Source: Epithemia pelagica (lineage: Eukaryota; Protista; Bacillariophyta). From it: a stretch of DNA of 64,000 nt. How positions within the stretch are numbered: position 1 is the stretch's first letter; every line of letters starts with the position of its first letter. The position numbers and the translations under genes are program-made. Location: assembly GCA_946965045.2 (NCBI GenBank), contig OX337230.1, forward strand, positions 3,100,001 to 3,164,000, in the 5' to 3' direction. Positions 58,021-64,000 of this stretch are shown here, piece by piece. The notes beneath the pieces were generated by a model. The model saw only the letters and a program-made list of their open reading frames with translations, was not told where the DNA came from and searched no databases.

Positions 58021-59634
58021 TCATTGGCTTGTTTGCCGTGCCCATGTGCCAACCTTCCTTGCCATGTTTCGGCGTCGTAGTACCAGTGCTACCACCATCA
58101 CCAGGATCAGGAGTGTTGCTGGCAACACAAGCTTATACGGCAATAATACTTCCGAGAGGAAACCGAATCTGTAGCGTATCCATGACAAAAGATAATCCTC
58201 CGTTCTTAGGGCTGTTGTGACGACGACAAGTGTCGTAGTGGTGGTTGGGGTCGTCCTCGGTACCATGGTGGTGTTTGTTGTGTGGTTGCTTCCAAAACAG
58301 GGTGGACCAGGAACGACCGAATGGATGTGACCTTGAATAGGACCGTAACAATACCAAGTGGCTGTGGATTGGAACCAAATGTTTTGCAGGTCAATCCCCG
58401 TCATGAGGCTGGTGGCAGTATCGTGATCAGATTGTGGTGACGACAGGGCGGCAAAATGAAAGGTTTCACCCGTCTTCCACGACGGATGGAGAGAGGACTG
58501 GGTCCCATTGACGTTGGAAATGCGAATGTTGGACACGCGAGGTGGAACGGGAGGCGTCCAATTGGAAGGACAGGCTGGATTGCGACAATTGCGAAAGACG
58601 CACGTTTCGGGTGAATATTCCACCATATCCAAATGCAGCGCTGGATGTGACATGGTACCGGAAATGGTGACCTGGGATATCGTGACATTGCGAATCCATC
58701 CTCCTCGAGAGGATCCTGTTTTAATGGTCAAGGCCTTTTTGACAGGTCCCGGAAAGTGCAAGTCGGTCAATTGGACATTGGACAAACCGCCACTAATTTC
58801 ACTGCCAATGGCAATCCCTCCCCCTCCCCCTTGACACGTGACATTGTGGACCGTTATATCTTGACTGGGACGATTGTACCAGACACCAAAACAATCGTAG
58901 CCACTCTTTATGGCCACACAATCGTCGCCTCCTCGATACCAGGAATTGCGAATGGTGACATTGCGACAACTGGAAGGATCCCATCCATCGGTATTGGGGG
59001 AATCGTCCGGTGCTTCAATCCACATGGATTCCACGAGAATATGGTCGCAATCAAACATGTGCCAATTCCAATAGGGAGCATCGAGCAATCGTAAATTGCG
59101 AAAGGTCAAGTGTTGGGAATATTGAAATTCGAGCAAATGGGGTCGTGTATTCCATGTGGTGACATTGGGATTGAACGTGGCTTGACGAAATCGATTCCAC
59201 CAATACGAGCCTTGACCATGAATGACACTGTCATAGCCATGACCTTGAATGGTTAGATTTTGAATGTTCCATCCATGAATCAAGGCTACATGACGCCAGG
59301 AACGATTCACCACCGACGACGAGACAAAATCCAAACCGAGGCCATAACTGGGAATGGCAGTCGTCAAGGGCCAGGTCCCAGCCTGAGCCATACCCATCAG
59401 GGTGACACCCTGGTCCAACTCGATGAGAATGTGATTGGTTCTAATGCGCAGGGGTCGAATCAAGTAAATTGTGGGTGTTGCTGTGGTGGAACTACAACTG
59501 GATGATGGAAGGAACAAGCGCCCTCCTCCCACCTTGTCCAACACGGCCAAGGCACGTTCAAAGGCGGCTGTATCGTCGACTTTACCATTGCCTTGAGCTC
59601 CATAGTCCAATACATTGACTGTAACGCTGGACAT
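58021..59634 (-). CDS. Glycoside hydrolase family 28 (polygalacturonase-like) with a C-terminal TM helix
   Basis: NVLDYGAQGNGKVDDT, catalytic SPNTDG and GDDCVAIKSG, GIAIGSE, IKTG; TM LVLPATLLILVMVVALVL. First ATG at 59634. Confidence 0.85.
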   Translation of the reverse strand: MSSVTVNVLDYGAQGNGKVDDTAAFERALAVLDKVGGGRLFLPSSSCSSTTATPTIYLIRPLRIRTNHILIELDQGVTLMGMAQAGTWPLTTAIPSYGLGLDFVSSSVVNRSWRHVALIHGWNIQNLTIQGHGYDSVIHGQGSYWWNRFRQATFNPNVTTWNTRPHLLEFQYSQHLTFRNLRLLDAPYWNWHMFDCDHILVESMWIEAPDDSPNTDGWDPSSCRNVTIRNSWYRGGDDCVAIKSGYDCFGVWYNRPSQDITVHNVTCQGGGGGIAIGSEISGGLSNVQLTDLHFPGPVKKALTIKTGSSRGGWIRNVTISQVTISGTMSHPALHLDMVEYSPETCVFRNCRNPACPSNWTPPVPPRVSNIRISNVNGTQSSLHPSWKTGETFHFAALSSPQSDHDTATSLMTGIDLQNIWFQSTATWYCYGPIQGHIHSVVPGPPCFGSNHTTNTTMVPRTTPTTTTTLVVVTTALRTEDYLLSWIRYRFGFLSEVLLPYKLVLPATLLILVMVVALVLRRRNMARKVGTWARQTSQ

Positions 59635-60039
59635 GATGATGATGGGGTGGGTATCTTTGGCGGATTCACGGGTCAGATTGACAGGTCGCTCAAGGGTCGC
59701 TTGAAAGAAAATGTAGAAAGGTCGCTTGAAGGTCACTTTTAAACACTGACCACTAAAGACAGATTGCGACGTGACAATGACCCGAAAGCTTTTTTGTCCC
59801 CGCGATCTTTTTTTGTTCTCCCGTCAAAGTTTGACTATACTTCTTTGGGAGCTGGGGTAATCCTGAGCAGCTCGCTGTCATTCCAGGCAAAGTCTGACTA
59901 CAAAGCGGAACACGACCAGAACGCTTAATCGATGAACTATAGCATAAACTATGAACATGGACAAATAGAGAACTAATAGAAAGATTTAGGCCCACCACCA
60001 CCCGGTTTTTGCAACCGCCCCAAATCATACTACATTTAT

Positions 60040-61112
60040 TTACAGACGCACCATCTTGTGCTTCATGCCGCCTTCAAATTGTGCGTCCGGCTCATGTAGG
60101 GAAATCAACAACGCTCTGAATCCGTTTGTTGTGTCGTACATAAATTCGTAGTCGAACCTGCTTTGGACCATGAAAGGAAGAGAAAGAGAAAACTTTGACC
60201 TGACAAAGTCTGTTTCTCTTTTTCGCATCTGATTCATGGCGTCTTCCAAAGCAACTTTCATTCGTAGGTTTTTCTCCTCGACATGCCACTCTCTGTGCAT
60301 GTGTTGGGTTAGATAATGGATATGAGTTGCGTTGTCAGGCCAAATTACCTTCACATGTACCTGTAGCTGGCTCGGATCCACTTCAATCAAGCAATTTGTT
60401 GTGTCTTCATGTGCAATACCTGTAGGCAACACCACCAAAATCACCAAATGACGCTGTTTCTTGTCGTCGACCCACTGTGTCAAGACATGAGGAGGCTCCC
60501 AATTCCTCATCATGTCATTACCACTGTCTTCTTCATTCGTCTTTTTCCTCTTTTGTTGTAGTTGTACCTGTAGTGTCTCCTGTAATGGCATGGATCCTGC
60601 CGCCCTTTTCTTCACCATAGCATCGTCACTGACAACAGACTCAGGAGCGACCTTGGCAGCAACACCTGGTCATAAAAGACAATAAACCACAACAGGTAAG
60701 GACAGTGACTCAACAATCAAACAAACAGTGTACACTGGCACTTACCTTGTCCTTTGGACGACCCAAACAAAGAAGGAGCTGGTTTGAGATCTCCATCATT
60801 GGGGTTCCTTACCTTTCCATCCATAGATGGGGCCGTCTCACCACGACCCAACAACTCATGACCAGTCTCTCTCTCATGTTGATCCTTCAAGTGGACTTGG
60901 TGTTTTCTTTTGGCTTTGTTGAGTGCCGACCTGAATGATTCCAATTTGTACTTTTGGAAAACAGCGTGTTCCAACCACACAGATTTGGGTGTGGCGCTCT
61001 CCAGAATCAAGCCTTCTGACACGATTTTGTCAAGGAATTCGGCATCTGTTGACTTTGAATTCCACGAAAGTAGGGCACCCTCGCCCAAAGTGTTGCGGCC
61101 AGACCTGGTCAT
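60040..61112 (-). CDS. Harbinger partner ORF (~330 aa); exons 61112-60746 and 60665-60040
   Basis: In-phase GT-AG intron. Helical N-terminal domain (WNSKSTDAEFL...FRSALNKAKRK) and a C-terminal beta-rich domain with an HSP20/alpha-crystallin-like pattern. Confidence 0.7.
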
Positions 61113-61305
61113 CGGAGTATAGGTACTATTAGTACGTAAAACAAAAGCGCGAGGGAGTGCAAAACCAGACTGGTCTGTTTGCACGAAAACTAATTATGAC
61201 CCTAAAAACAGTTCACCAAAATCCGGACTGGGTCGGTTTTCATCATGGACTCCATTTTTCAATCGAGGAGGCCATGCCCAATTTGGCTCCAATTCTGAAA
61301 GTAGT

Positions 61306-61528
61306 GCGACCCACGTATTGCCCTTACCTTGGGTCAACCGTGGGTCGTTCGTCCAAGTGAATTGGGCACTTATAAGGTGTCCTGGGTCGGTTTTAAAAAA
61401 ACGAGCTGGGTCGATTTTTTCGAGCCAGGTCGTTTTTTCAAAACCGACCCAGGACACTTTCTAGTGGTTCAAATGATATAATCAAGCGACCCACAGTTAA
61501 CCCAAGATAAGGGCAATATGTGGGTCGC
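61306..61528. repeat. 223-bp imperfect palindrome between the divergent Harbinger ORFs
   Basis: Outer ~42-bp arms (GCGACCCAC...GTGGGTCG), a perfect inner 18-bp pair at 61377-61394 and 61440-61457, and a near-perfect core around a T-rich loop. Confidence 0.85.
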
Positions 61529-61868
61529 TTAAGATGTAGAAAGTAATAGGATGTTGGCGAGGTAGGGCCATTCAGAAATTCCAGTTTTTGAATGAAAACG
61601 ATTTTTGAATCGATTTCTGCACCGTTCCAGGCCGGTTCCAATGACCGGACACGAATTCGAATTGGTCACTATATGTAGAACAGTACAAAGTTTAGTGTCG
61701 CTGCTCAACTGACCAGCCAATCAAATGACCGTGATGAAATTCCAAAAAACCTGTTCCAATGAACTGACAGTACTACACACAGACAGACCGAGATCAGAGT
61801 AAAGGTGTGGTCAGCATCGCGACACACACTGAGCAAACATAAATTTTCCAAAGCCGTTTTCTCCCACC

Positions 61869-62807
61869 ATGTTGGTGACACAACGAACATTCATCAACTT
61901 GGCTCTGCCAATGCTTGGTAGAGCAAGACACTCACACTCACTTGATTTCTCACGTGCTTTTTGTTCTTACTTTGGAATGTCTCCTTTGCTCTGTGTTCAT
62001 GTGTGGGATGAACTGGACAGTTCATTGCCCAAAGGTGCATCGCCTCGTCATTTGTTGTGGACACTGGCTTTTCTGAAAGTCTATGCTACAGAGGATGTTA
62101 TGGTCTCAATAGCCAAAACAACGAGGAAGACCTACAGGAAGTGGGTCAAAGTGTTTGTAAATTTGTTGTATAGTGGTCTTAATTATGTAAGTACATGGCC
62201 CTACATGAATTTGCCATGAAGTCGTCCTCCTCATATCTGACCATTGCTGTTGTTCTTATAACAGATTGTATGGGACAATAGGTTTGATTGTAGTGTACCT
62301 GGACAGGTCTGTTTCATTAGTTTGGATGGTACTGACTTCAGGATTTTGGAGCCGTCACCTTTTGATCCAAAATGGTACTCGCACAAGTTTAAGGGAGCAG
62401 GTGTGAGGTATGAGGTGGGAATCTGCCTGAAAACTGGCTGGATAGTGTGGTGGAATGGTGCATTCCCTTGTGGCGCTTGGCCAGACCTACGGATTGCCAG
62501 AGACTGGCTTGTTCAAGAGCTACTACCGAATGAGAAAGTGATTGCTGATGGTGGTTACAACGATTCTGGATGCTACTTTGTCACACCTACTGGAAGAAAT
62601 GACTATCAAGACAAGATGATGGCTGATGCCAGGGCGAGACATGAAACTGTCAACAATTTACTGAAACATTACAATATCTTAAAGGAGAAATACAGAGGAG
62701 ATCTGGATGGGCATCACAAGGTGTTTGGAGCAGTGGTGAATCTGGTTCAGATGAAGATTGAAAATGGTGAGGCGAAAGTGTTTCAGATCGAAGTGGAAGA
62801 TGACTAG
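61869..62807 (+). CDS. Harbinger DDE transposase (DDE_Tnp_4); exons 61869-62186 and 62265-62807
   Basis: LLWTLAFLKVY, SLDGTDFRI, WYSHKFKGAGVRYE, WPDL, IADGGY, RARHETVN. Confidence 0.9.
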
Positions 62808-63250
62808 CAGTACAAATATGTAGCGGTTATGAACCGGGTGGTGGTGGGTTTTAATAGTACTAGCAGTCAGTATATCATCTTTTGTCGCTAGAGTGTTCTT
62901 TATTCAGAAAAAGCGTTCGGTAACTCCTATAGGTCACAGTCAGTATCTGACTGGTAAGGTAGCGACCTGCTCAGGATTACCCCATCTCCTTGTGGTGTCC
63001 TCTTTTAGTCTGTCAAACTTTCGCTTTCTGTTGTCGTTGTAGTTTTGCTGGATTGGACTGCTGTGGTTGGCAAGGACTTTGGTTGTGAGACAATCCATTG
63101 GTTGGCCCAGATTGGTTGGCCTACATATTCTTGACGTGACAACCGTTTTGCTGCTTCGACGAATTGCAAAGTCTTGCAATGGGAATGGCAAGAGGTAGTT
63201 CCAACCATCCAATCATCAGGAACGGACACAATTGTGGTACAGGGTAGACC

Positions 63251-64000
63251 ATGAGGAGCCACCACCAACATCACACAAACAAGAATGAGGAGGGTGACTT
63301 TTCGTTGGAGTATTCCCAAGTGGAATTTGGTACCTTGGCGGAACAATTGGATGAAACACATTACGACAATCGTGTGGATGCCGACGATGATTTGGAAAAG
63401 GGACGCATCAAATTTCCATCTCATAAACTCTATGGACGAGACGAACCATTGAAGCAATTGCACAGCATTTTTCAACAACGGATACTATCGTCGTCGACCA
63501 GCAAAAACAAGCAGCTGCAAGACGCTACTGCACCTTCCGCCAACCACCACCATGAAAAGGAAGAAGAAGAAAAGCAAGAGACGGTAAACGACCTGACGCA
63601 CAATCATTACAATGATTCCTCGAGTGCCACAACTACTGCTTTCGACAACAGTTACAATCCCGTTGTCTTTTTAGCTGGTTATTCTGGAACGGGAAAATCG
63701 TCCTTGGTCGATTGCTTTGTCCAACAAATTCGAAGCATGAAACAAGGCAGCAAAGAGAACCATTCCTCTTCGTTGGCCCCATGTTGGTACTTGACGGGTA
63801 AATTCACCAGTCCGCTCCAAGCCAGCAATATTCCCTTTTCTGCCTTGGCTCGTGCCCTCAATACCTTTGTTTTACAACTTGTATCGCTGCGTAACAGCCA
63901 AGGACACGATGACTACAAGGCTTGGATCGACTCTTTTTGTCATGGATTGCGCAAACTGGATATTTACCGTGGAAGTGACCATGCTGCAGTATTGGAAGCC
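63251..64000 (+). CDS. Second STAND/AAA_16 ATPase paralog, 5' part (runs off the window)
   Basis: In-frame ATG at 63251. YSQVEFGTLAEQLDETHYDNRVDADDDLEKGRIKFPS nearly matches the 53053 gene; Walker A FLAGYSGTGKSSL. Confidence 0.85.
   Translation, partial: MRSHHQHHTNKNEEGDFSLEYSQVEFGTLAEQLDETHYDNRVDADDDLEKGRIKFPSHKLYGRDEPLKQLHSIFQQRILSSSTSKNKQLQDATAPSANHHHEKEEEEKQETVNDLTHNHYNDSSSATTTAFDNSYNPVVFLAGYSGTGKSSLVDCFVQQIRSMKQGSKENHSSSLAPCWYLTGKFTSPLQASNIPFSALARALNTFVLQLVSLRNSQGHDDYKAWIDSFCHGLRKLDIYRGSDHAAVLEA

Larger units (their letters stand above)
59989..62850. mobile_element. PIF/Harbinger DNA transposon (2862 bp) with two divergent ORFs
   Basis: TTA target-site duplication at 59986-59988 and 62851-62853. 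TIR (GG)CCCACCACCACCCGGTT; the right copy has its two terminal bases changed to TT. Confidence 0.88.

Noticed and set aside
1-64000. CRISPR arrays, rRNA genes, hammerhead ribozymes, additional tRNAs
   Set aside because: No regularly spaced repeat-spacer array, rRNA motif, complete CUGAUGA/GAAA core with stems, or second T-loop/cloverleaf was seen by eye; covariance-model searches were not run.

Overview
Eukaryotic nuclear DNA that looks like a pennate diatom: short GT-AG introns, an ASAF bipartite plastid presequence on a nuclear cytochrome c6, and CoDi-type copia remnants. The left third is gene-dense: acyl-CoA dehydrogenase, DUF3228, adenylate kinase, class-3 lipase, a disrupted MBOAT acyltransferase, a ~2200-aa membrane-anchored protein with six FEA1/phytotransferrin-like modules, a 2OG-Fe(II) oxygenase, petJ and a histidine phosphatase. 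The centre (23594-37247) is a tyrosine-recombinase retrotransposon with split direct repeats (A1-ORFs-B1-A2-B2, Ngaro/PAT type). Its RNase H is interrupted by a young non-autonomous copia element with identical-looking 753-bp LTRs and a CACGT target-site duplication. The right part is accessory: a Crinkler-like pseudogene, a bacterial-type hydrolase fragment, a Kelch-MYND pseudogene, a 212-nt rod hairpin, a MITE-like element, two STAND/AAA ATPase paralogs, a GH28 gene and a PIF/Harbinger transposon. Top observations: (1) a circularly permuted tRNA-Ile(UAU) gene at 148-271; (2) a copia primer-binding site that matches the anticodon arm of a tRNA-Asn(GUU), implying half-tRNA priming; (3) the six-module phytotransferrin-like protein; (4) the rod hairpin built from tandem-GA internal loops. 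All domain calls come from motif recognition by eye; no database searches were run.
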